Positions 7,577 through 16,395 of a stretch of DNA of 29,822 nt are shown piece after piece. The translations under genes were made by a program, and so were the position numbers. The stretch is taken from positions 1 through 29,822 of the forward strand of contig JBEGVZ010000093.1 of assembly GCA_041178085.1 (NCBI GenBank), read 5' to 3'. This DNA comes from Pseudomonadota bacterium (GTDB lineage: Bacteria > Bdellovibrionota_B > Oligoflexia > Oligoflexales > RGVZ01). The notes beneath the pieces are model-generated. The model was not told the DNA's origin and did not search any database. It saw only the letters and a program-made list of their open reading frames with translations. Every line of letters begins with the position of its first letter. Within the stretch, counting starts at the first letter, position 1.

Positions 7577-10500
7577 ATGACGGCCCGCAGCCAGCTTGCA
7601 GCGGCTTTATTTTCCGCCGCTGTAGTCTTAACTGCCTCCGCCTGCCAACGTGAGGTGTCCCGGGCCTTCCGCGTCGAGGTCGCCACCAACCAGGGTGATG
7701 CGGTTCATGACGCGGAAGTGAGGATTGGCGGCCGGGTCATTGGTCAGACGGATGCCAAGGGCGTGCTTGAATCGAAAGTAACCGTGCCTCAGGGGCAGGA
7801 CCTTTCCGTCGAAGTTCACAAGTCTAGCGACCAGTATTACTTCGCGCCCCACATCGAGACAATCAATCCCGGGAAAACGGACGGCAAGCAAGTCGTCGTG
7901 AAGGCAGTCCTTTATTTCGTTCCAAAACCAAAACTGGCCGAGGCGCCGCCTGTGGATGGCGCCGGCGCTGCACCAGGAACGCCCGACAAGGCAGCCGAAG
8001 TATCCGGCGGAATCAAGGACCCGAAGGACTCGAAGGATGCGAAGGATGTAGCGGTAACCGCGGACCATCCGCCCTCCCCGCAACAACCGGAGGCCTCTGC
8101 ACAGGAGCCAGTTGGTGTTGTCGCAGCGGCGCCAAGCGTTACCGAAGCTGTCAAGGCTCCTGTCACTGCGCCTCAACCTGAACCAGCCAAGCCCGCATTA
8201 GCCAATCCTGACACTGCACGCGAAGTCCTGGTCACTTTCCACGTGTTCGCCGGCAAGCAGTCGCAACCTGAAACAAAGATCATGGCCATGCCGGCAGACG
8301 GCGACGAACCAGAAAAATTGATTTGCACGACCAACGTGCGAGGGCGCTGCGCTGTGCGACTGAAAGCAGGCTCGGCCTGGGCTATGCGTGCCGTCAGGCA
8401 AGGTTTCGTCCCAGCGACGCAGGAACTGCAACTTGATCAGGCTAACAAACTGGTGCGGTTTCAGATTCAGAAAGGCAATACGCTTGAAGTTCGTGTGGTG
8501 GCCCGCGGCATGATGTCCAGCGCTCCGCTGGAGGGTGTCGTGGTTTCAGTTGACGGGAAGCCGGTGGGTACGACTGATAAGGGCGGCAAACTTTTGCATA
8601 CTTTCGGTGCTGGTGGAACCACGGGCTGGATCAAGCCAGGTGCGTCAGGCTCGCCGATGATGAAAGTGGAACTTGCGCCACCGAAAGGCTTCCAGCCTGA
8701 ATCCTCCGAGTACACCATGTCGCCCAGCGGAGACCTTCTCTTGTCGCGTCAGTTTGTCGCTTCGGCGGCAAGGGCACCGGTGGTGGTGATCGAGGCCGCT
8801 CGCAGGGTTTCCGCATCGCACGATCCGGCTGCAGCTCAGGCGTTTGCCGGTTGGGTCGAGGATTCTTTCAAACGCAAAGTTTTTGCACGTGGGATTCTGG
8901 CAGTGTCGAATCCCTTGCAGAAAAACCCAGATATTCGCGTCCGCCGCGGTGTTGGCAAGACGGGCGCAGGCCTGGAGCTGGAGCTGGTTGCCACCGACGC
9001 CAAGGGAATTGTCATCTCGGCGGCAAAAGAAGTCATCCCCGAGGGGACGGCCAAGCCAGACGCGAAAGTTGATGCAATGGTTGAACGCTTGATCCGTTCC
9101 CTGCCCTTCCAGGGCATGGTGACTACAGCGGACAAAAACCAGATCCGCGTGGCCATGCCGGGTCGACTTGCTGACATCGTCGCGGCGGGGGACCGGTTTG
9201 ATGTTTTTGGAACGCAACCAGATAATCGGGGACGCAAATTCACGGTCGGTAACATCGCCTCGGCCAAAGTGATCGGCAGTGATGACGCCGGTGCCAAGGC
9301 CGGGACTGGTCAGGGTGAATTGACCCTTGCGGTTGAATATCCTGCGGGTGACAGCCGTTATCCCGTTGCCCGCGGCGACATCGTCGTGATGCGGGGCGCA
9401 AGCTTGCAGCCCGCTCTCGTGGAAGCACCTGCCACACGTGAAAACAGCGCAATTCAAGAGATTCCTGCTGAAGCGAAACCGCGCCAGGAAAAAACTGCTG
9501 GGCGCGTCTCTGGCATGATTCTTGTGCGCGAGAATGGTGAAGGCGGGGGTGAAGGAGGAAAGCCAGTCGCCCAGGCGAATGTCTATTTCAATGACGTGTG
9601 GATCGGTACCACGAATGGTGACGGCCTGGTGAAAATACCGCGTGACATCGTCGGCGCCTCCGGTTCGTTCCATGTCGCCAAACCGGGCTTGAAGCCAGCA
9701 ACCCTTCAATCGCGCGTTGCTGCAAACTCAAAACTCGAGATCCCGGTTGAAGTGGAAGTTGCAAGGCTCAGGCTTGATTCCCTGCCCTCTGGCGCCAATG
9801 TCTACATCGACGGAAAGTTGATTGGCAAAACCCCGGTTGACACAGATGTTGCGGGCGCCGGTGCGTTTCTCAAGCTCGAAATCGGTGGCGTTGATGGGTA
9901 TAAGAAACATGCTTCAGTCATAGAAGCGGAGGCCGGCACGCTGGATTTGACCTCCGAGCGTTCCATCCAGTTGGAACCCGATCTCATTGCAAAGGCGCGC
10001 AAGGCCTCTGACGAGGGCAATGCAAACGCCGCTCTTGAAGTCATTTCGCGTATCCCGTCAACCCATTCAGATTACCTGGTGGGCCGCCACCTTGCGGGCG
10101 AAATCGCTTTGGCCAGACTGAATGACCCGGCAAAGGCTCTGTCCTATTTTGAGGATGTTACCGCTGTTCCGCAGGTCAGGGATTTCATTGACAAGCGGTT
10201 CGTTGGATCCCACATCAATGAAGGGATCGCACTGCACATGGTTGCCGAAAAGGAAGCGCGCTCAAACCCGGCAAAAGCCGCAGAGGATTTCGCCAAGGCA
10301 GCCAACATCCTTGACCGCGCCAGCCGGTTCGTGCGCTTTCTGCCGAAAAAAGACTTCAACCGCTCCGTGCAGAACCTTGAGTATTTCCGTGCCCTCAGCT
10401 TCCACCGGAAGTGGCTGATATCGAACGACCTTGTGTCGATGGAAAAAGCGGGCCGGGGTTGGCGTGACTATTTGCGGTCCGTGCAGGATTCCGGGGTCGA

Positions 10501-10621
10501 ACCTGGAAATGGAAACTCCGGCGAAAAAACAGCGGGCGCAAAGAATGACGAATCAGCGGTCTATGCTGCGAATGCAAAAGTTTACCTGAAACAGGTTGAA
10601 GCCGGGATGGCCAGGAGATGA
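7577..10621 (+). CDS. Large multidomain lipoprotein (PEGA-like repeats, CsgG/FlgT-like central region, PEGA, TPR)
   Basis: Lipobox LTASAC (Cys codon 7643); four G/CxT(D/N)xxG beta-sandwich repeats; canonical PEGA LDSLPSGANVYIDGKLIGKTP; helical TPR-like C-terminus. Alternative starts at 7517 and 7532. Confidence 0.8.
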   Translation: MTARSQLAAALFSAAVVLTASACQREVSRAFRVEVATNQGDAVHDAEVRIGGRVIGQTDAKGVLESKVTVPQGQDLSVEVHKSSDQYYFAPHIETINPGKTDGKQVVVKAVLYFVPKPKLAEAPPVDGAGAAPGTPDKAAEVSGGIKDPKDSKDAKDVAVTADHPPSPQQPEASAQEPVGVVAAAPSVTEAVKAPVTAPQPEPAKPALANPDTAREVLVTFHVFAGKQSQPETKIMAMPADGDEPEKLICTTNVRGRCAVRLKAGSAWAMRAVRQGFVPATQELQLDQANKLVRFQIQKGNTLEVRVVARGMMSSAPLEGVVVSVDGKPVGTTDKGGKLLHTFGAGGTTGWIKPGASGSPMMKVELAPPKGFQPESSEYTMSPSGDLLLSRQFVASAARAPVVVIEAARRVSASHDPAAAQAFAGWVEDSFKRKVFARGILAVSNPLQKNPDIRVRRGVGKTGAGLELELVATDAKGIVISAAKEVIPEGTAKPDAKVDAMVERLIRSLPFQGMVTTADKNQIRVAMPGRLADIVAAGDRFDVFGTQPDNRGRKFTVGNIASAKVIGSDDAGAKAGTGQGELTLAVEYPAGDSRYPVARGDIVVMRGASLQPALVEAPATRENSAIQEIPAEAKPRQEKTAGRVSGMILVRENGEGGGEGGKPVAQANVYFNDVWIGTTNGDGLVKIPRDIVGASGSFHVAKPGLKPATLQSRVAANSKLEIPVEVEVARLRLDSLPSGANVYIDGKLIGKTPVDTDVAGAGAFLKLEIGGVDGYKKHASVIEAEAGTLDLTSERSIQLEPDLIAKARKASDEGNANAALEVISRIPSTHSDYLVGRHLAGEIALARLNDPAKALSYFEDVTAVPQVRDFIDKRFVGSHINEGIALHMVAEKEARSNPAKAAEDFAKAANILDRASRFVRFLPKKDFNRSVQNLEYFRALSFHRKWLISNDLVSMEKAGRGWRDYLRSVQDSGVEPGNGNSGEKTAGAKNDESAVYAANAKVYLKQVEAGMARR
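8015..8050 (+). repeat. Four tandem 9-bp units (aagga(c/t)nnn) encoding KDP-KDS-KDA-KDV in a Pro/Ala-rich linker
   Basis: aaggacccg aaggactcg aaggatgcg aaggatgta read directly. Confidence 0.8.
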
Positions 10622-12069
10622 AGGTAGGCATGTCGGTATCCTTCCATCACATCAGGGTTATACCTCTTTCTGTTGGTCTGCTTGCATGCACGCTGGCAAT
10701 GGCCGGGTGTGCGTCGTCTGAAAAGTCGGGCTCAGGATTTTGGTCCTCCGTTTCCAACTATGTTCCCGGTTGGGCCCGGAAGTACCTGCCTGATGACAAG
10801 CGCAATGAACTGGTGGATTTCCGCGCCGCGGATGGCGCTTATTTCCCGCCTTTTATTCGGCGTTTTTTTCCCGGGACGTCCGTGTTTGAAAAGCAGTTTC
10901 CACGTCTGAACCATGCGCGCGAAGGGGTTCAGATGGTGGAGGTCCGCAAGTTGACGGCCAGGGATGACTCGCTGAACGAGGCAAATCTGAGCTGGTCAGC
11001 TGATGGCGTCTACCTCGGATTTGAGATCATAAGTTCGGAAAACCGTCGCATCCTGCTCAAGGACTTGATGGGTGATTTTGCCCGTGAATTGATGGTCCTT
11101 CCGGTCGCTCCCGGCAGCTCCCTTGTCGACGGAATCGGCTCTGCCGGCATGATGTCCTACAACGCCGGGTTGCGCTGGTCCCGAGACAGCAACCGTTTTG
11201 CCTTCGTTTCCAACGGCGGAGTCGGTGAGTTCAATATTTATGTCGGAAGCGTCTCAGGCGGCGAGCGCACGATTGCCTCAAGCCGCGCGAAGAACGGGTA
11301 TGCCTCCTGGAATCCCGCAGGCAATGAGATCGCCTTCGTCAGTTCGCGGCGTGGAACAGCAAAAATCTACGTCGTTTCAGTGGATGACAGCGAGGTGATC
11401 CAGGTCAGCCACTCCAATGAGCCTGACCTCTTTCCAGAGTGGTTCCCCGAAGGCAAGCGAGTCGTTTTTTCTACTGGCGATTCACGGAACCACGACGTTG
11501 CAATCGTGCAGAAGGCTGCTGACGGAAAATGGAGTCGCCCCGTTAACGTGACGCGCAGTGAAGCTGATGAGTTGCGTCCTTCGGTCTCGCCCGATGGTCG
11601 ATTTATTGCCTTCTACGGGGAGTCGCGGGAAAAGGTTGACGATTCTCTGGTGGAAAGCTCGCGCTGGAATATCCACGTAGTGCCAGTCGATGGTCAGGGA
11701 TTTCCGCTCTCTGATACGGATCTGTCGCGGCGGATTGTGGCGCGTGATGTTGTTGTGGACCTGAATACCGGTCCGGCCTGGACCCCAGATGGGCGCAAGG
11801 TCATCTACGTCAAGCGGGACCCTACACTTTTCAACCCGATCCATGCCTATGACCTGTTTGAGGGCAAGACTTATCACTTCAAGACCAACACCCGGATGAA
11901 TCGGGATATAATGATGTCAAAATTGGGGGTCCTCAGCTTCCGTGCCCAAGTGGGCAGCTGGGACAAGGTGTTTGTCGCCCTCACTAACCAGGGGATCCAG
12001 TTGCAGGGTCAGGCGCCAAGGACTTCGCGCCCGGTCTATCTGCAAAACCAGGCCAGATTCAGGGAGTGA
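10618..12069 (+). CDS. TolB-like PD40 beta-propeller lipoprotein
   Basis: Lipobox LAMAGC; repeats WSADG, WSRDS, WNPAG, WFPEG, VSPDG, WTPDG and MSKLG; ATGA overlap with the upstream gene. Confidence 0.85.
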   Translation: MKVGMSVSFHHIRVIPLSVGLLACTLAMAGCASSEKSGSGFWSSVSNYVPGWARKYLPDDKRNELVDFRAADGAYFPPFIRRFFPGTSVFEKQFPRLNHAREGVQMVEVRKLTARDDSLNEANLSWSADGVYLGFEIISSENRRILLKDLMGDFARELMVLPVAPGSSLVDGIGSAGMMSYNAGLRWSRDSNRFAFVSNGGVGEFNIYVGSVSGGERTIASSRAKNGYASWNPAGNEIAFVSSRRGTAKIYVVSVDDSEVIQVSHSNEPDLFPEWFPEGKRVVFSTGDSRNHDVAIVQKAADGKWSRPVNVTRSEADELRPSVSPDGRFIAFYGESREKVDDSLVESSRWNIHVVPVDGQGFPLSDTDLSRRIVARDVVVDLNTGPAWTPDGRKVIYVKRDPTLFNPIHAYDLFEGKTYHFKTNTRMNRDIMMSKLGVLSFRAQVGSWDKVFVALTNQGIQLQGQAPRTSRPVYLQNQARFRE

Positions 12070-12072
12070 ATC

Positions 12073-13692
12073 ATGGGAATGTTCAGCAGGCAGTCTATTC
12101 TTGGCGGGTTGGCAGGTTTGTCAGCCCTGATTTCCGGGCAGCTCATCGCAGCTGACAACCGGCTCGTGTACGGCGAGACCGGCCGGGTTGAGACTTACGA
12201 CCCGTTTACGGCCCACGAGGCGACAGCCCAGCGCATGTCGGATCTGCTGTTCGATAGCCTTGTTGCGTTGGGGCGAAATGGGGATTACGTGCCTGCCCTT
12301 GCCTCCAGCTGGGAAGTTTCAAAGGCAGGGACAGATGTGATTTTTTCCCTGCGCGGCAATGTGCGTTGGCATCCCACTGCGGAAAAAGCTGACGGCAAGG
12401 ATTCCGGCGGACCGTTCACTGCGAGGGATGTGGTTGCAACGGTGAAATTCCTGGTCAATGCGCAGAACGCCATCCCCAACTCTGAACGATTTTCAGCCAT
12501 TGGAGGTGCGGAGGAACTGGATCCCATGCGGGTCAAGATCTCTTTGCGCCGTGCCGTGGCGGATCCCCTCAGGATCCTGATGTTCAAGGTTCTTCCAGCC
12601 TCGGCATTTGCTGGCCTGAAGTCCCCGCAGGCTTTCCGTGACAGTGCTTTCGCGAAAAACCCGGTTGGTACCGGCCCCTACGTTTTCGTCAAGGCCAACA
12701 AGCAAGGTGAAGTGCTGTTCCGCGCAAACAAAGGTTACTTTGGCGGATCTCCCCGGATTGAAACGGTCGTCATGAAGAGCTATGCCGACCAGAGTGTCAT
12801 GGCGCAGTCCTTGATGTTCAATGCCCTTGACCTGGTCACTTACGTCAGTCCGCGTGACCTGGGTGAGATCATGGCGGACAAGCGTCTGCTGCTCATGCCC
12901 TACGATGCTCTTTCGTATTCTTTTGTGGCAATGAACAACGCGCGCCCTGTCCTGGGCGATCGCAGGATACGCCAGGCAATTGCCTTGTCCGTCGACCGAA
13001 AGGAAATGCTTGAGGCGTTTTTCCAGGGCCGCGGGCGATTGGTCACAGGTCCCTTTCCGCCGACCTCTTGGGCCTACAACCTTGACGTCAAGCCAGTCCA
13101 GCATGACATTTCCCGCGCCCGGCAGTTGCTCCAGGACGCAGGGTATAGCGACCGCGATGGCGACGGTGTGGTTGAAAACGGGCGCAAGGAACAACTTTCT
13201 CTGAAGATGGTGGTCCCTGTCTCGGGCGAAGGAGAGACCCTCAAGAAGATCGTTCTTGGCTTGCAGTCATACATGGGCAAGGCGGGGATTCATGTGCAGC
13301 TTGAGTTCCTCGACTGGATCGCATGGAAGAAGCGTGTGCTGCATGACCACGATTACGATCTGACGCTTGCTTCGTGGAGTTTTGATGATGCAAGCAACAT
13401 CACCAGCCTTTTTCATTCCAGCAGTGCTGGCGCCTGGGGCAATAACTTCGTTCAACTGAAGAATCGTTCCATCGACGCCTTGCTGACGGAGGCCGATGCG
13501 ACCAATGACTTCGAGAAAAAACGTGCCATTTACCACAAGATCCATGCCGTGCTGGCTGACGAGACTCCATATGTTTTCCTGTGGACGTTGACCCACCACG
13601 CGGCCTTTCAGGAATCGTTGGACGGTGTGCGGATTGAGCCATACTCATTCTTCCGGCATGTCAACAACTGGAGTCTGCAGCGGCGCTTATGA
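12073..13692 (+). CDS. Family 5 (peptide/nickel-type) solute-binding protein
   Basis: LLFDSLV...PALASSWEVS...FSLRGNVRWH...FTARDV, PVGTGPY, DRRIRQAIALSVDR and a DRDGDG loop; GGGAG RBS; no permease genes adjacent. Confidence 0.92.
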   Translation: MGMFSRQSILGGLAGLSALISGQLIAADNRLVYGETGRVETYDPFTAHEATAQRMSDLLFDSLVALGRNGDYVPALASSWEVSKAGTDVIFSLRGNVRWHPTAEKADGKDSGGPFTARDVVATVKFLVNAQNAIPNSERFSAIGGAEELDPMRVKISLRRAVADPLRILMFKVLPASAFAGLKSPQAFRDSAFAKNPVGTGPYVFVKANKQGEVLFRANKGYFGGSPRIETVVMKSYADQSVMAQSLMFNALDLVTYVSPRDLGEIMADKRLLLMPYDALSYSFVAMNNARPVLGDRRIRQAIALSVDRKEMLEAFFQGRGRLVTGPFPPTSWAYNLDVKPVQHDISRARQLLQDAGYSDRDGDGVVENGRKEQLSLKMVVPVSGEGETLKKIVLGLQSYMGKAGIHVQLEFLDWIAWKKRVLHDHDYDLTLASWSFDDASNITSLFHSSSAGAWGNNFVQLKNRSIDALLTEADATNDFEKKRAIYHKIHAVLADETPYVFLWTLTHHAAFQESLDGVRIEPYSFFRHVNNWSLQRRL

Positions 13693-14585
13693 GTTCCAAA
13701 GCAAAGGAAAATCAGGCGGGGAATGACGGCGAAGCCGACAGGGGCAGTCCGGCACTCAGTGGCGTGGCCGACTTTCTGCAGGCGCCAAAGAAGCAGCAGC
13801 GAAATTACATCGTCTTTGCCGCTGGGCCGAATCTGACCGCCGAAATGAAGGATTCCATCGTAAAGTATCTGGAAGGTTTATCGAAGATCTATACGCTGGT
13901 GCAGCCACGCTCGGCTGAGGATCTGGCGCGCCAGGTGTCTCGCCAGATTCACATGATGATCGTTGACGACTCGTTTGCCGAGCGGACCAAGCTTCTGAAG
14001 CTGGTCAGGTTCATGAAGGAAAAACGGACCGCGACCGGACTTCCAGTGACGTTTCTTACACGAGATCCCGCCGGATTGACTGCCGATTACCGGAGTGAGT
14101 TGCTCGTGCACCAGGAGTCTGACGATTTCATCGGTCTGAAGAACATCGAGTCGGTAGAATTGGTTGGCCGCATCAAACAAGCGGTCGAAACCCGCAACCG
14201 CCGCCGTAGTCGCCGCTTCAAAGTGAACATGTCTGTCTCTTGGCAAACGCTTGGTGCCACGACCTGGTCGACCTGCGACCTCGTGGACATAAGCCTGCAC
14301 GGCGCCCAGATCGTCGACCCTGGTTCCGATGTGGTGTTCCGCGTCAAGGATCAGGTCCGCCTGCAGATTCCCCTGACGGGTCAGGTGAGTGCGGCAGAAG
14401 GGGAGATCCTGAGGCTTTCTGCAAGGGTGCGCCGCGTTTCGCTTGGTGGCAGCAGGGCAGGTCTTAGTTTTGAACACCTCACGGACCGGCAAGTAATTGC
14501 ATTGACGCAGCTGATCCTTGGCCTGGCAAACGGCCAGACGCTCAGCCACGTCGTAGACAATACCTATTTACCTTCAGTCGAGTGA
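13689..14585 (+). CDS. Receiver-like + PilZ domain protein (probable c-di-GMP effector)
   Basis: RRRSRR and DISLHG PilZ motifs; upstream MMIVDD...LPVTFLT...DDFI...ELVGRIK resembles a REC fold; ATGA overlap with the SBP gene. Confidence 0.82.
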   Translation: MSSKAKENQAGNDGEADRGSPALSGVADFLQAPKKQQRNYIVFAAGPNLTAEMKDSIVKYLEGLSKIYTLVQPRSAEDLARQVSRQIHMMIVDDSFAERTKLLKLVRFMKEKRTATGLPVTFLTRDPAGLTADYRSELLVHQESDDFIGLKNIESVELVGRIKQAVETRNRRRSRRFKVNMSVSWQTLGATTWSTCDLVDISLHGAQIVDPGSDVVFRVKDQVRLQIPLTGQVSAAEGEILRLSARVRRVSLGGSRAGLSFEHLTDRQVIALTQLILGLANGQTLSHVVDNTYLPSVE

Positions 14586-15569
14586 CTTTTCCCATGCCAA
14601 GGCATGTTTTACGATGACATCAAGGTTGTCATGCCGTGGCTTCCAGCCGAGTTTCGTAAGGATCTTCTGATTATCTGCAACCGAAGCAGAGATGTCGCCT
14701 GGACGTCTTGGGGCAATCTCGACCGGCAGTGAATGGCCGCAGGCCTGTTCAAGGGCTTTGATGACTTCAAGCACTGAAAATCCACGCCCGTAGCCACAAT
14801 TGAAAGTATCCGGATTGCCACCTGCGTCAAGGTAACTCAAGGCAGCCAGATGCGCCGCCGCCAGGTCCTCAACATGAATGTAATCCCGAACGCCCGTGCC
14901 ATCTTTGGTATCGAAGTCATTTCCGAAGATTTTCAACACAGCTCTTTTGCCTGTCGCGACCTCGGCGCCGATTTTAATCAGGTGAGTGGCATCCTTGGAC
15001 TTTTGACCCAGCTTTCCGCCCGGGTGGGCGCCCGCAACATTGAAGTAGCGCAAGATCGTGTAGCGAAGTCCGGTCGACAAGGCGATATCGCGCAACATCT
15101 CTTCGGTGATCCATTTGGATCGGGAATAGGGATTGGTTGGCGCAGGCCTGTCCGTTTCACTGGCTGGAACAGGAGCGTCCTCCCCGTAGACGGATCCAGT
15201 CGATGAAAATATGAAATTCCTGACCCCATTCGCCACGCAAGTTTGGATCAGGTTGAGGCTGTTTACGACGTTGTTCTGATAGTACTTCACTGGTTCTGCG
15301 ACGGATTCCGGAACGACCACCGAAGCTGCAAAGTGCATCACCGATTCAATCTGGTATTTTCGCAAGGTCTGGGCGACCAGTTCCACGTCGCCGCAGCTGC
15401 CCTTAACAAGAGGTTCGCCGTTCAGAAGGAATTCAGGGAATCCAGCAGAAAGATTGTCAACAACGACAGGCTTGAAACCAGCCTCTGACAGTTGTCGGGT
15501 AACGTGGCTGCCGATGTATCCGCAACCACCAGTCACCAGGATATGACGCCCATTGTGGTCATTCTTCAT
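14574..15569 (-). CDS. galE: UDP-glucose 4-epimerase
   Basis: LVTGGCGYIGSH, HFAASVVVPESV, YSRSK (YxxxK), LRYFNVAGA and DGTGVRDYIHV. Confidence 0.96.
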   Translation of the reverse strand: MKNDHNGRHILVTGGCGYIGSHVTRQLSEAGFKPVVVDNLSAGFPEFLLNGEPLVKGSCGDVELVAQTLRKYQIESVMHFAASVVVPESVAEPVKYYQNNVVNSLNLIQTCVANGVRNFIFSSTGSVYGEDAPVPASETDRPAPTNPYSRSKWITEEMLRDIALSTGLRYTILRYFNVAGAHPGGKLGQKSKDATHLIKIGAEVATGKRAVLKIFGNDFDTKDGTGVRDYIHVEDLAAAHLAALSYLDAGGNPDTFNCGYGRGFSVLEVIKALEQACGHSLPVEIAPRRPGDISASVADNQKILTKLGWKPRHDNLDVIVKHALAWEKSLD

Positions 15570-16359
15570 GTGCGATGGCTTCTCCGATCAGCTGCTGCAT
15601 CCTGCGGGTTAGCTTTTGATGGAACAGTTCCAGGCGTTTCTCATTTACCTGCGGGTCGTCGTCAAGCTTTGGTGGCTTGATCGGCTCACTGATGTAGTGG
15701 ACTAGCTTCACTGGCCTTGGCAACAAGCTGGGTCCGATGCCGCGGACGAGTGGCACCGGCATCCTGAGTTTCTCGTAAATGATGCGAGTCAATGGGTTCG
15801 AGTACACTTCGAACAGATCATCAGCGCGCGGACATGCTGCAAGGACCACAGGTACCTGCATTTCCATCGCCAGGCGCGCAAAGCCGCGGCGGCGGCGCCA
15901 ACGGACTTGATATCGTTCCGATGAAGGCCTGAGTGCTTCCTGCATTCCGCCCGGGGCCACAGCAACGATATTGCCTGCCGCCAGTAGTTCGCGTGCCGTG
16001 TCCGGATTCCCCTGTACGGAGCCAAAGTAATTCATGATGTCGCCCAGGAAAGGCACCCGCCAGAAAGCTCGGTCAACGAGCGGACGGACAATCCGCTTTG
16101 AATTCTGGTAAATCGCCCCGAACAGCAAGACGATATCGTAGGTGGCAAGGCTGTGGTTGGTCACCAGCAGGTAGGCCCCGGACTTGGGCAAGGAGCGCAA
16201 TCCTACCGCCTGGTAGCGGTGATAGATTTGCATGGCTTTGACCACCGGAAGAAGCATCGGGAGCTTGCTTTCCAGAGAGGCAGTAGACGCGACCGGCGGC
16301 ATGACCGCTGGAAGATTTTTCTTTCGCGTTGCTTTTGCCATACTTCCCTTCTTTCCCAT
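15559..16359 (-). CDS. Lysophospholipid acyltransferase family protein (MGAT/DGAT2-like subgroup)
   Basis: NHSLATYD (HxxxxD), VAPGGMQEAL and GFARLAMEMQVPVV; alternative start at ATG 16341. Confidence 0.85.
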   Translation of the reverse strand: MGKKGSMAKATRKKNLPAVMPPVASTASLESKLPMLLPVVKAMQIYHRYQAVGLRSLPKSGAYLLVTNHSLATYDIVLLFGAIYQNSKRIVRPLVDRAFWRVPFLGDIMNYFGSVQGNPDTARELLAAGNIVAVAPGGMQEALRPSSERYQVRWRRRRGFARLAMEMQVPVVLAACPRADDLFEVYSNPLTRIIYEKLRMPVPLVRGIGPSLLPRPVKLVHYISEPIKPPKLDDDPQVNEKRLELFHQKLTRRMQQLIGEAIAHEE

Positions 16360-16395
16360 TCTGACTTCTTCTAGCCTTGCGTTCCCATCGCCGTC

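Noticed and set aside
8645..9709. 354-aa antisense ORF (also 12493-13194, 13878-14549, 27788-28555 antisense and the 27433-28194 alternative frame)
   Set aside because: Shadow ORFs of well-supported genes in GC-rich DNA, with no recognisable motifs.
12073..12150. SRQSIL as a Tat signal on the SBP
   Set aside because: It lacks the twin arginine; a Sec signal is the simpler reading.
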